Source: Klebsiella pneumoniae (GTDB lineage Bacteria; Pseudomonadota; Gammaproteobacteria; Ga0077536). Taken from it: a stretch of 38,230 bases of DNA. Shown here piece by piece: positions 11,415-19,330 of the stretch. The DNA is taken from positions 1 through 38,230 of the forward strand of contig CAMCBY010000002.1 in assembly GCA_945873015.1 (NCBI GenBank), given 5' to 3'. Position 1 is the first letter of the stretch, and each line of letters begins with the position of its first letter. The notes beneath the pieces were generated by a model, which saw nothing but the letters and a program-made list of their open reading frames with translations, was not told the DNA's origin and ran no database searches. Made by a program: the position numbers and the translations under genes.

Positions 11415-12008
11415 TTACGACTCCTGGCCGAGCAGATGGCCATCAACCAAATCACATAGACAATGGATCACGGCGAGGGTCGATTCCTGCACGCGGGCGG
11501 TGGAAAAGCTTGGAATTCGCACTTCGATGTCGCCCTCGTCGAGGCTGGCCGCAGCCTGACCGCCATCCTTGCCGCTGACCAGCAGGATACGCATCTCGCG
11601 GTCATGGGCGGCATCGATGGCGTTGAGAATATTGTGTGAATTGCCGCTGGTGGAAAACGCCAGCAGCACATCACCCGGATGACCGAGCGCGCGGATCTGG
11701 CGCGCGAAGATGTCAGCGAACTGATAGTCGTTGGCAATCGAAGTGACGGTCGACGCATCCGTGGTCAAAGCCAACGCCGGCAAGCCAGGACGCTCACGCT
11801 CGAAACGGTTCAGCATCTCCGACGAGAAATGCTGGGCATCGCCGGCTGAGCCGCCATTGCCGCAGGTCAACACCTTGCCGTTGTTCATGATCGTATCGGC
11901 TATGCAGGCGGCGGCACTCGCTATCAATGCCGGCAGTTCGTCGCGGCAGCGCTGCTTGACGGCGATACTCTCGTCAAAGATCGATTTGATGCGTTCGATG
12001 GGATCCAC
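11415..12008 (-). CDS. diaA: SIS-domain protein, DiaA-like (phosphoheptose isomerase family)
   Basis: 197 aa with a GTG start. [26 protein letters not shown] (E. coli DiaA NRFETERPSLPA), GD.LLA.STSGNS, IEVRIPS and CLCDL fit DiaA better than GmhA. The stop is directly adjacent to the dolP start (0-nt gap). Confidence 0.85.
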   Translation of the reverse strand: MDPIERIKSIFDESIAVKQRCRDELPALIASAAACIADTIMNNGKVLTCGNGGSAGDAQHFSSEMLNRFERERPGLPALALTTDASTVTSIANDYQFADIFARQIRALGHPGDVLLAFSTSGNSHNILNAIDAAHDREMRILLVSGKDGGQAAASLDEGDIEVRIPSFSTARVQESTLAVIHCLCDLVDGHLLGQES

Positions 12009-12057
12009 GGCTTGGTGTTCCTGTTAGTCAGGCCGGCGAGTAGGGCAGCCGCTGGCA

Positions 12058-12444
12058 TTATGCAGAAAACGCTCCCGCAATCCAGTCACAGCCCGGCGCG
12101 TCGGCGTCGCCATACAGAGCCATGACATCGAAGCGACAGGGATGGTTCGCGAATTGCGGGAAACGCATCAGAAAATCTTCCGCCGCGCGTATCAGGCGTT
12201 GCTGTTTACGCGCATCGACACTCTCGGCGGCGGTGCCGAAACGCACACCGCGCCGGTAACGGACCTCAACGAAGACCAGTTGTTGGTCGGCCAGCATGAC
12301 CAAGTCCAATTCGCCACCGCGGCAGCGGTGATTGCGCGCCACACATTGCATGCCCTGCGCGCAGAGCAGGGCCTCGGCGCGACGTTCCCAGCGCGCTCCC
12401 GCACGCGACTCTTGACCTGCCTGACGTGCCTCAGTTGACGCCAA
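12058..12444 (-). CDS. yraN: YraN-family (UPF0102) predicted endonuclease
   Basis: GGELDLVMLADQQLVFVEVRYR... is the YraN core (GE.DL.....LVFVEVK.R). No ATG gives a family-typical length. TTG at 12444 gives 128 aa with a 14-nt overlap on the lpoA 3' end. The maximal ORF runs to ATG 12522 (154 aa). Confidence 0.75.
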   Translation of the reverse strand: MASTEARQAGQESRAGARWERRAEALLCAQGMQCVARNHRCRGGELDLVMLADQQLVFVEVRYRRGVRFGTAAESVDARKQQRLIRAAEDFLMRFPQFANHPCRFDVMALYGDADAPGCDWIAGAFSA

Positions 12445-14332
12445 TCGTGCCGGTCTCGTCGATGGCGGTCGGTACGCCCTCGACGAATTTGATCCAGGAC
12501 ATGTTGCGATGGAGCACGCCATCGGCGTCCATCCACAAGTCGCCCGTCACGCCCGGCACGCGCATGGTCGGGCGAGCGCGCATGCGCGACAGGAAGGGCA
12601 GGATGCGATAGGCATCGATACCAAAACCGTAAAGGCGTGTGTAGGTCTGCGCCGGCCCCGGCCAACTGCGTCGCACCAGGCCATAGGAATCGGCATCGAC
12701 CGTGCCGAACAACCACGGCATATCGCCAAATACCAGCCCGTTCAAATCGACGTCATCGGCCTTGGCATTGCCGTTGAAGACATTGGAGGTGGCAAACACC
12801 GGAATGGAGTCGGCGCCGAAATAACGCAGTTGTGGCAAAAGCTGTCGCGCATTGTTGGGGAAGGCGGCCAGCAGAATGGCGTCGACATCGGCACGTATGC
12901 GCGCCTCGGCGTGCAGCGGTATGCCCAGCTTGCGACGCAGGGCGGCGGCGCGCGCTTCACTCATGTCGATATTCAGTGCGCGCCGCACCGCACTTGGGTA
13001 AGCGTCAGACGCATCAGAGTAGGAGATCTGCGCCAGCACCGTGCCGCCGAGATCCTGCCAGGCTTTGTTGTAGGCGCCGGTAAGACGTGTGCCCCAGGCC
13101 GAATTGGGTGCAACGATGAGCGCGCGGCTACCGCTGCCATAGGCGTGTCGTGCGACCTGACTGGCTTCGTCTTCCGGTGTCAGGCCGAACTGATAGAACC
13201 CTGGCCGGGCGCCACTCGCGCCCGCTTTGGCTTCGACCACATTCAGCGCCAGCACGCCTACCGGCATTTCCGGCAAGGTTTTCAGGCGTTCCACCAGGTT
13301 CTTCTGTAAGGGGCCGACGATGAATTCGGCCCCGTCGCTGACCGCCCTCTGGTAGTCAGCAAGGATGTCGTCGCCGGTGTTGGCATAGATACTGACCGCT
13401 GGCCGCGCCTCGACATTGGTGTCGCTGAACCAGGCCGTCATAAAACCATCCCGCACCGCGCGCGCGGCGCCGCCCAGGGTTTCGTCGAACGGCAGGATGA
13501 GTGCGACGCGGGTCGGTCGCGCTGCGGCCGCAGTGGCGCGTTCCAGCAAAACATCTATCAGTGGGATGGCGGCATGAGCGGCGTAGCGCTGCTGCCACTC
13601 CGCTAGCTTCTGGCGCATGCCTTCGGCGTCGAAGCTAGACTGCTGCGCGATGGCCGCCAGCGCATACCAGCCGTGGGTGGCGGGGTCAGCGGCGGTCGCC
13701 GCCAGTTGTTCGGTGATACGGGTGGCCGGCAGTCGATTCAGCGCGGCCCACGCCGACTGCGTGATGCTGGTTTGTTGCGCGGCTGGGTAGGGAAACTGTA
13801 AAGCCTGAATCCAGGCTGGCGCGGCAGTTGCGTAATCTGAAAGCGACGACGCCGCGCCCGCAATCGTGCGGGTCTGCACGCCGCGTGCGTAGGGTGACAG
13901 CCCGTTTGGGCTGATCTTGCCGGCCAGCGCGAGCGCGACATCGGCATGGCCGGCCTGCAGTTGCGCGCGGGCGAGAGCCAATGCCGCCAGCGGCTCGCCG
14001 ACTTCACTGCCGGGCGCAAGATGGGCGAGCGCGGTGGCGGCGCGTGCAGCGTCGCCGGCGTCTGTGAAGGCCAGAGCCGCCAGTGCGTTGGCGCGTGTTG
14101 CATCGGCGGCAGGCAGTTCGGCAGCCTGCGTCGCATAAGCAGCGCCGGCGCCGGCATAGTCGCCACGCGCGAGTAACTGCGCGGCGACAGCGAGTTTGTC
14201 CGGCGCTGGCGCAGGGGCTTGTTCCTGCACGTTGCCTTGCGAGGTGCACGCGCATGTAATGAGCGCGGCCACACCAACCAGCACAAAGCGCAGAGGATAC
14301 AAAGTCGAAATGAGCGCGGAACGGATCACCAA
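12431..14332 (-). CDS. lpoA: Penicillin-binding protein activator LpoA (YraM family)
   Basis: 633 aa. Signal/lipobox-like N-terminus (...VGVAALITC), an Ala-rich TPR-like N-domain, and a C-terminal periplasmic-binding-protein-like domain. It lies divergent from rsmI and upstream of yraN, as in E. coli and Pseudomonas. Start is ambiguous: TTG 14332, GTG 14329 or TTG 14302. Confidence 0.85.
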   Translation of the reverse strand: MVIRSALISTLYPLRFVLVGVAALITCACTSQGNVQEQAPAPAPDKLAVAAQLLARGDYAGAGAAYATQAAELPAADATRANALAALAFTDAGDAARAATALAHLAPGSEVGEPLAALALARAQLQAGHADVALALAGKISPNGLSPYARGVQTRTIAGAASSLSDYATAAPAWIQALQFPYPAAQQTSITQSAWAALNRLPATRITEQLAATAADPATHGWYALAAIAQQSSFDAEGMRQKLAEWQQRYAAHAAIPLIDVLLERATAAAARPTRVALILPFDETLGGAARAVRDGFMTAWFSDTNVEARPAVSIYANTGDDILADYQRAVSDGAEFIVGPLQKNLVERLKTLPEMPVGVLALNVVEAKAGASGARPGFYQFGLTPEDEASQVARHAYGSGSRALIVAPNSAWGTRLTGAYNKAWQDLGGTVLAQISYSDASDAYPSAVRRALNIDMSEARAAALRRKLGIPLHAEARIRADVDAILLAAFPNNARQLLPQLRYFGADSIPVFATSNVFNGNAKADDVDLNGLVFGDMPWLFGTVDADSYGLVRRSWPGPAQTYTRLYGFGIDAYRILPFLSRMRARPTMRVPGVTGDLWMDADGVLHRNMSWIKFVEGVPTAIDETGTIGVN

Positions 14333-15215
14333 GGCAGTATCTTTGCCCGTCGTGGACGTGTCAATTGAACGTCCGGGCGTTTACATCGTCGCCACACCGA
14401 TAGGCAATCTCGGCGATTTGTCGGCGCGCGCGGCCGCGACACTCGCGGCGGTCGATGTGATCTTGTGCGAGGACACCCGCCACAGCCGGCGTCTGCTCGA
14501 CCATTTCGGCATCAATACCCCGCTGACTGCCTTGCACGACCACAACGAAACCCAGATGAGTGAGCAGTTGCTCACCCGTCTGGCTTCGACGGGCCAGGCC
14601 TGTGCGTTGATTTCCGACGCCGGTACGCCACTCATCTCTGATCCCGGTTACGCCTTTGTGCGCGCCGCGGTCGCGGCCGGGCTGGCCGTGCATAGTGTGC
14701 CGGGGCCCTGTGCCGTCACCGCCGCGCTCAGCATCGCCGGTCTGTCGACAGCGAGGTTCTCGTTTGAAGGTTTTCTGCCCGCCCAGGCCGGCGCGCGCGA
14801 GGCACGTCTGGCGGAATTGGTCGATGATGTGCGTACGCTGGTGTTCTATGAAGCGCCGCACCGTATTCACGCCTGCCTGGTCGCTATGCAGGCCGCCTTT
14901 GGCGCGACCCGTGAGGCGGTCGTTGCGCGCGAACTGACCAAACGTTTCGAAACGATTTACCGCGGCACCCTCGCCGAACTGTGCGCGCGGGTGGCGGCGG
15001 ATGCCGACGCCTCGCGCGGCGAGTTTGTGGTGCTGGTGGCGGGCAACGTCGCAGAACAGGGTGCTGACGACGTCGAACTCGACAGGTTGCTGCGCATCGC
15101 GCTGGCTGAAACGGACCGCCGCGCCGCGGTGCGCATCGTCACCGCCCTGAGCGGTCGTTCGCGCAATCAGGTCTATCAGGCATCGTTGCGGATCTCGGCC
15201 GCCGACGAGCCCTGA
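14310..15215 (+). CDS. rsmI: 16S rRNA (cytidine1402-2'-O)-methyltransferase
   Basis: VYIVATPIGNLGDLS, ILCEDTRHS, ALHDHNE, SDAGTPLISDPG, PGPCA, YEAPHR, ARELTK are RsmI blocks. Start is ambiguous: ATG 14310, or GTG 14352/14358. ATG 14196/14259 would overlap lpoA heavily. Confidence 0.9.
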   Translation: MSAERITKAVSLPVVDVSIERPGVYIVATPIGNLGDLSARAAATLAAVDVILCEDTRHSRRLLDHFGINTPLTALHDHNETQMSEQLLTRLASTGQACALISDAGTPLISDPGYAFVRAAVAAGLAVHSVPGPCAVTAALSIAGLSTARFSFEGFLPAQAGAREARLAELVDDVRTLVFYEAPHRIHACLVAMQAAFGATREAVVARELTKRFETIYRGTLAELCARVAADADASRGEFVVLVAGNVAEQGADDVELDRLLRIALAETDRRAAVRIVTALSGRSRNQVYQASLRISAADEP

Positions 15216-15219
15216 GTGA

Positions 15220-15248
15220 TTGAATTCACCGGCCCGAACTCCCACACT
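15220..15248 (+). promoter_or_regulatory. Candidate rnpB promoter
   Basis: TTGAAT (15220-15225), 17-nt spacer, CACACT (15243-15248, keeping the A at -11 and T at -7). The predicted TSS at about 15255/15256 coincides with the first base of the RNase P P1 helix. The -10 is weak. Confidence 0.35.
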
Positions 15249-15255
15249 GCGCGCA

Positions 15256-15654
15256 GCAAGTCGGCCGGGTGATCGCTGTCGTTGGCCCCGGCCCTTAAAA
15301 GCCGGTGCGGGGCGATAGAGGAAAGTCCGGGCTCCGCAGGACAGGATGCCAGGTAACGCCTGGGGGGCGTGAGCCCACGGAAAGTGCCACAGAAAATATA
15401 CCGCCACGCGGCAACGCGGGGTAAGGGTGAAATGGTGCGGTAAGAGCGCACCGCGCCGGCGAAAACCGGTGGCAGGGCAAACCCCATCCGGAGCAAGACC
15501 AAATAGGGGAACGTGCCGCGCAAGCGGTGAAGTGTGGTCCGCACCAGTTCCCGGGTAGGTCGCTTCAGGCGCGTGGCGACACGCGTCGCAGATGAATGAT
15601 CACCATGCTGCCTGGCAGCATTACAGAACCCGGCTTACAGGCCGACTTGCCTTT
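15256..15654 (+). ncRNA. rnpB: RNase P RNA, bacterial type A
   Basis: Universal blocks on the + strand: GAGGAAAGTCCGGGCTCC (about 15318-15335), GCCAGGTAACGCCTGGG, GGTAAGGGTGAAA, GGTGCGGTAAGAGCGCACCGC, CAAATAGGGGA, AGATGAATGA, ACAGAACCCGGCTTA (15623-15637). An 11-bp P1 helix pairs GCAAGTCGGCC (15256-15266) with GGCCGACTTGC (15640-15650). Ends are good to about +/-5 nt. Confidence 0.95.
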
Positions 15655-15821
15655 TCCCCTCTCGCCTTCCACCGCTGCCTCGATGTGATAATCAAGATGA
15701 GCTACGAAGCTTATCCGAATGATTTATTGGGGCGTTTTCCCACAAGCCATTCGACCCTGTAGGCACTTTCCGAGCTTGGCCGTAAGTTACTGTAACTAAA
15801 GCAAGAATAGCCCCATTTTGC

Positions 15822-15851
15822 TTGACAGTTTTCGGCCGCCGTCCTTATAGT
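15822..15851 (+). promoter_or_regulatory. Pmra-type sigma70 promoter of the dcw cluster
   Basis: TTGACA (15822-15827), 18-nt spacer, TATAGT (15846-15851). It lies in the only AT-richer stretch of the locus, about 115 nt upstream of the mraZ ATG. Confidence 0.65.
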
Positions 15852-15859
15852 GCCCGCTG

Positions 15860-15884
15860 GTGGTAAATAGTGGGGAAAAGTGGA
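15860..15884 (+). promoter_or_regulatory. Predicted MraZ operator (three phased GTGGN direct repeats)
   Basis: GTGGT (15860), GTGGG (15870) and GTGGA (15880) are exactly 10 bp apart with A-rich 5-nt spacers (aaata, gaaaa), directly downstream of the -10. This matches the TGGGN-N5 repeat architecture described for the E. coli MraZ operator. Confidence 0.6.
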
Positions 15885-15966
15885 TCTGCCGTGATTGCCA
15901 TGCCGGGACTGCACGGGCTCTCTTGCCCTGTTCCGTATTGGTCATCCGCACGTCCCCGTCGTCTCG

Positions 15967-16428
15967 ATGTTCCGTGGGCAAAGCACAATCAGCGTCGATG
16001 CGAAGGGGCGTCTCGCCGTGCCGACGCGCGTGCGCGAGTTGCTGACGGCGCTACCGAGCCAGGACCTGGTCATTACCCTCAATCCCTGGGATCTGGCCCT
16101 GTGGCTGTATCCCGTCGCCGAATGGCTGCTGATCGAGACCAAACTCGGCGCTCTTTCTGACTTCGACAGACAGAGCCGCCGGACCAAACAAATCATGCGT
16201 GGTTACGCCACCGACTGCGTGTGTGACGGCCAAGGCCGTGTCTTGCTGCCGCCGCAACTGCGGGAGTTGGCCGGCATAGACAAACAGGTAACCCTGCTCG
16301 GCCAGGGCAACAAGCTCGAGATCTGGAACAACGCCGCCTGGACAGCCGAGCGCGACAAATGGCTGCGCGACGTTGCGGACGGCGCAGACGGCTCGTCGTC
16401 CGCCGGTCTGGAATCTCTCTCGCTGTGA
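15967..16428 (+). CDS. mraZ: Transcriptional regulator MraZ
   Basis: MFRGQSTISVDAKGRLAVPTRVRELL matches the canonical MraZ N-terminus (E. coli [26 protein letters not shown]). 153 aa with two SpoVT/AbrB-like halves. The track ORF start at 15895 is a TTG-initiated extension. Confidence 0.95.
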   Translation: MFRGQSTISVDAKGRLAVPTRVRELLTALPSQDLVITLNPWDLALWLYPVAEWLLIETKLGALSDFDRQSRRTKQIMRGYATDCVCDGQGRVLLPPQLRELAGIDKQVTLLGQGNKLEIWNNAAWTAERDKWLRDVADGADGSSSAGLESLSL

Positions 16429-17331
16429 GTGTCGCAGGTATCCGCACACATCCCGGTGTTGCTGCATGAAGTCGTCGAACTCATGCAAGTGCAACCGTCG
16501 GGCACGTACATCGATGCCACTTTTGGTCGCGGCGGCCACAGTCGCGCGATTCTCGAACGGCTTGGGCCACAAGGACGATTGTTCGTTTTTGACCGCGACC
16601 CGCAGGCCATCGCATGTGCGCTGGAACTCGCCCGCGAGGACACACGCGTGACCGTGAGCCATGCGGCCTTTTCAGCCATCGCCAGTTGTGGCGCCCGTGA
16701 GGTCGACGGTGTGCTGTTTGATCTCGGCATTTCCTCACCCCAGGTCGATGACGCGACGCGTGGTTTCAGTTTCCGTCAGGACGGCCCGCTCGACATGCGT
16801 ATGGATCCGCGTAGCTCGCCCAGTGCCGCCGACTGGTTGGCGAGCGCTGAAGAAAACGAGATTGCCGATGTCTTGTTTCAATACGGTGACGAGCGTCGCT
16901 CGCGACTGATAGCCAAACGCGTGGTTGAAGCGCGCCGCCGCGCACCGCTGACCACCACTCTCGAACTCGCCAAACTTGTGCACGGCTGTTTTCCCCATCA
17001 CGGCGGCCGCATCGACAACGCCACGCGCACCTTTCAGGCCTTGCGTATTTTTATCAACGACGAGCTCGGTGAGCTCGAGCGTGCGTTGGCGACCGCTCTT
17101 GGTCTGGTCAAGCGTGGTGGTCGCATACTCGTGATTGCGTTCCATTCGCTGGAAGACCGCTATGTGAAACGGCATTTTCGCGAGCTCGATGCCGATGCGC
17201 GTGGCGCCGCGCAGCGGGTGCCCGGCTTCCGCCTGGTCGCGCGCAAGTCCGTGCAGGCCGGCGACGGCGAGTTGCGCGCCAATCCGCGCGCGCGCAGTGC
17301 GCGTTTGCGGGTCGTGGAGCGCGTGGCATGA
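16429..17331 (+). CDS. rsmH: 16S rRNA (cytosine1402-N4)-methyltransferase
   Basis: HIPVLL.EV, GTYIDATFGRGGHS (SAM motif), FDRDP, LFDLGISSPQ.DD..RGFSF..DGPLDMRM, FHSLEDR.VK, NPRARSA.LR. GTG start immediately follows the mraZ stop (0-nt gap). Confidence 0.95.
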   Translation: MSQVSAHIPVLLHEVVELMQVQPSGTYIDATFGRGGHSRAILERLGPQGRLFVFDRDPQAIACALELAREDTRVTVSHAAFSAIASCGAREVDGVLFDLGISSPQVDDATRGFSFRQDGPLDMRMDPRSSPSAADWLASAEENEIADVLFQYGDERRSRLIAKRVVEARRRAPLTTTLELAKLVHGCFPHHGGRIDNATRTFQALRIFINDELGELERALATALGLVKRGGRILVIAFHSLEDRYVKRHFRELDADARGAAQRVPGFRLVARKSVQAGDGELRANPRARSARLRVVERVA

Positions 17332-17591
17332 AGACCTTGGTGGTTGCCATCATCGTCGGGCTCGTGACCTTCGCCTCGGCGGTCGATCTGGTGCTGTGCC
17401 GCCATCAGAGTCGGCGGCTGTTCGTCGAGTTGCAGAGCCTGTACGAAATCAAACAGGGGCTCGATCAGGAATGGGGGCAGTTGTTGCTCGAACAGGCGAC
17501 CTGGGGTGCTGAATTACGCGTTGAGCAGATTGCCAACGACAAACTCAGCATGGTGGTGCCGTCCTCCGCACAAGTGGTGGAGCTGCAATGA
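17328..17591 (+). CDS. ftsL: Cell division protein FtsL
   Basis: 87-aa bitopic protein: one TM segment (VVAIIVGLVTFASAVDLVL) followed by a heptad-like periplasmic segment. It occupies the fixed rsmH-ftsL-ftsI position, with ATGA overlaps at both ends. Confidence 0.88.
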   Translation: MKTLVVAIIVGLVTFASAVDLVLCRHQSRRLFVELQSLYEIKQGLDQEWGQLLLEQATWGAELRVEQIANDKLSMVVPSSAQVVELQ

Positions 17592-19330
17592 CCGCGCGCA
17601 ACGAAAGTCGCCGCGAGCTCAAGCTGCGCCGCCGCATCGTGGTCGCGATGTTCATCTTAGGCGCACTGGTGTTGTCGTGGCGCGCGATTGATCTGCAGGT
17701 CAACAAACGTGAGTTTCTGCAGAATCACGGCGATGCACGCTACCTGCGTGTCGAGCGCATCGACGCCAATCGCGGCATGATTCTCGATCGTAATGGCGAA
17801 CCACTCGCCATCAGCACACCGACCCAGTCGGCGTGGGTCCAGCCGCGGCGGTTTGTTGAGTCCAAGGATAAATGGCCCAAGCTGTGCAAGATTCTTGGCA
17901 TGCCGCTCGAGCAGTTGCAAACCCTGATCATGCCGCGCCTGGATAAAAAGTTCGTCTATCTGCAGCGCCACCTGACGCCTGATGAAGGCGATGCACTCAA
18001 GCGTCTCGAAATTGCCGGCCTGCATCTGCAGGAAGAACAGCGTCGCTATTATCCGGCGGGTGAAGTGGCGGCGCATATCCTTGGTTTCACCAATGTCGAT
18101 GATCAGGGCCAGGAAGGTGTAGAGCTGTCCTATGACCGCATCCTGCGCGGTGAACCCGGCCAGCGTCGCGTGATCAAGGACCGTATCGGTCGCGTGGTGG
18201 AAGACGTCGAGCGTCTGCGTGCTACCCGGCCGGGACGCGATGTCTATCTCAGCATTGACCAGCGCATTCAATACGCAGCCTACCGCGCGCTCAAAATTGC
18301 CGTGCAGCAGAATGAAGCGCGCGCCGGCATGATGGTGGTGGTCGACCCGCACAGCGGCGAAGTGTTGGCGCTGGTCAACCAGCCGTCGTTCAATCCGAAC
18401 AATCGCGACAATCTCAGCAGCGAGCGTTACCGCAATCGCGCGGTGACAGATTTGTTTGAACCGGGTTCGACCTTGAAGCCCTTCACGCTCGCGGCGGCGC
18501 TGGAAAGCGGCCAATACAAACCCGAGTCGACTGTCGATACCGCGCCCGGCCGCTTCAAGATCGGCAAAGACACCGTGCGCGACATCAAGAACTATGGCGT
18601 GCTCGATCTCGGCGGCATCATTCAGAATTCAAGCAACGTAGGCGCGAGCAAGGTAGCCCTCTCGCTCGAACCGGAAGTATTGTGGAAAGCGTTTCGCGAT
18701 TTTGGTTTCGGCTCGATTTCGGAAATCGCGTTGCCAGGCGAAGGTTATGGTCGTCTGAATGAGTACCGCAACTGGAGCGAGATTGAACACGCGACGCTGG
18801 CCTTCGGTTATGGCCTGTCGGTGACTGCCGCGCAACTCGCGCGCGCGTACGCGGTATTGGCCAACGACGGTTTTACGCAGCCCCTGAGTATCGTCAAGCT
18901 CGACGAGCAGGGCCCGCGCCAGCGCATCATCAGTGCCGCCACCGCGCAGGAGATCCGGCGCATGCTGACGCGGGTGATCACCAAGGGCACCGGCGCGCTG
19001 GCGGCAGTGCCGGGTTATTCGGTGGCGGGTAAGACCGGCACCGTGCACAAGTCCATCAGTTCAGGATATGCCGAGCATCGTTATCGCTCGTTGTTTGCCG
19101 GCATGATTCCCGCCGAGAATCCGCGCCTGGTGGCGGTGGTCATCATCGATGAGCCGCAGCGTGGCATGTATTTCGGCGGCAAGGTCGCCGCCCCGGTGTT
19201 CGCAAGTGTCATGCGTGACGCGGTCCGCATCCTCAACATTCCGCCCGATCAGCCGGTGCAGGCCACGCCGAAGGCAGTGTGGCTGGCGACCGGGCACGAA
19301 GGCGATCGCGCCGCCGAGGCCACCCAATGA
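17588..19330 (+). CDS. ftsI: Peptidoglycan D,D-transpeptidase FtsI (PBP3)
   Basis: 580 aa. N-terminal TM anchor and class B PBP motifs STLK (EPGSTLKPF), SSN (IQNSSNVG) and KTGT. Confidence 0.96.
   Translation: MTARNESRRELKLRRRIVVAMFILGALVLSWRAIDLQVNKREFLQNHGDARYLRVERIDANRGMILDRNGEPLAISTPTQSAWVQPRRFVESKDKWPKLCKILGMPLEQLQTLIMPRLDKKFVYLQRHLTPDEGDALKRLEIAGLHLQEEQRRYYPAGEVAAHILGFTNVDDQGQEGVELSYDRILRGEPGQRRVIKDRIGRVVEDVERLRATRPGRDVYLSIDQRIQYAAYRALKIAVQQNEARAGMMVVVDPHSGEVLALVNQPSFNPNNRDNLSSERYRNRAVTDLFEPGSTLKPFTLAAALESGQYKPESTVDTAPGRFKIGKDTVRDIKNYGVLDLGGIIQNSSNVGASKVALSLEPEVLWKAFRDFGFGSISEIALPGEGYGRLNEYRNWSEIEHATLAFGYGLSVTAAQLARAYAVLANDGFTQPLSIVKLDEQGPRQRIISAATAQEIRRMLTRVITKGTGALAAVPGYSVAGKTGTVHKSISSGYAEHRYRSLFAGMIPAENPRLVAVVIIDEPQRGMYFGGKVAAPVFASVMRDAVRILNIPPDQPVQATPKAVWLATGHEGDRAAEATQ

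Noticed and set aside
14361-15407. 348-aa minus-strand ORF antisense to rsmI and running into rnpB; also 15176-15544 and 15295-15480 on the minus strand
   Set aside because: It is opposite a clearly conserved rsmI and a clearly conserved RNase P RNA. The composition is typical of antisense artefacts and no start context is present.
15697-15762. 21-codon ORF (MSYEAYPNDLLGRFPTSHSTL*) in the rnpB-mraZ spacer
   Set aside because: It has no Shine-Dalgarno sequence and no recognisable peptide family, and it sits in an AT-richer promoter region where short ORFs arise by chance.
15785-15797. Possible LexA (SOS) box in the palindrome upstream of Pmra
   Set aside because: The sequence AGTTACTGTAACT contains CTGT but lacks the CTGT-N8-ACAG spacing of gammaproteobacterial LexA boxes.
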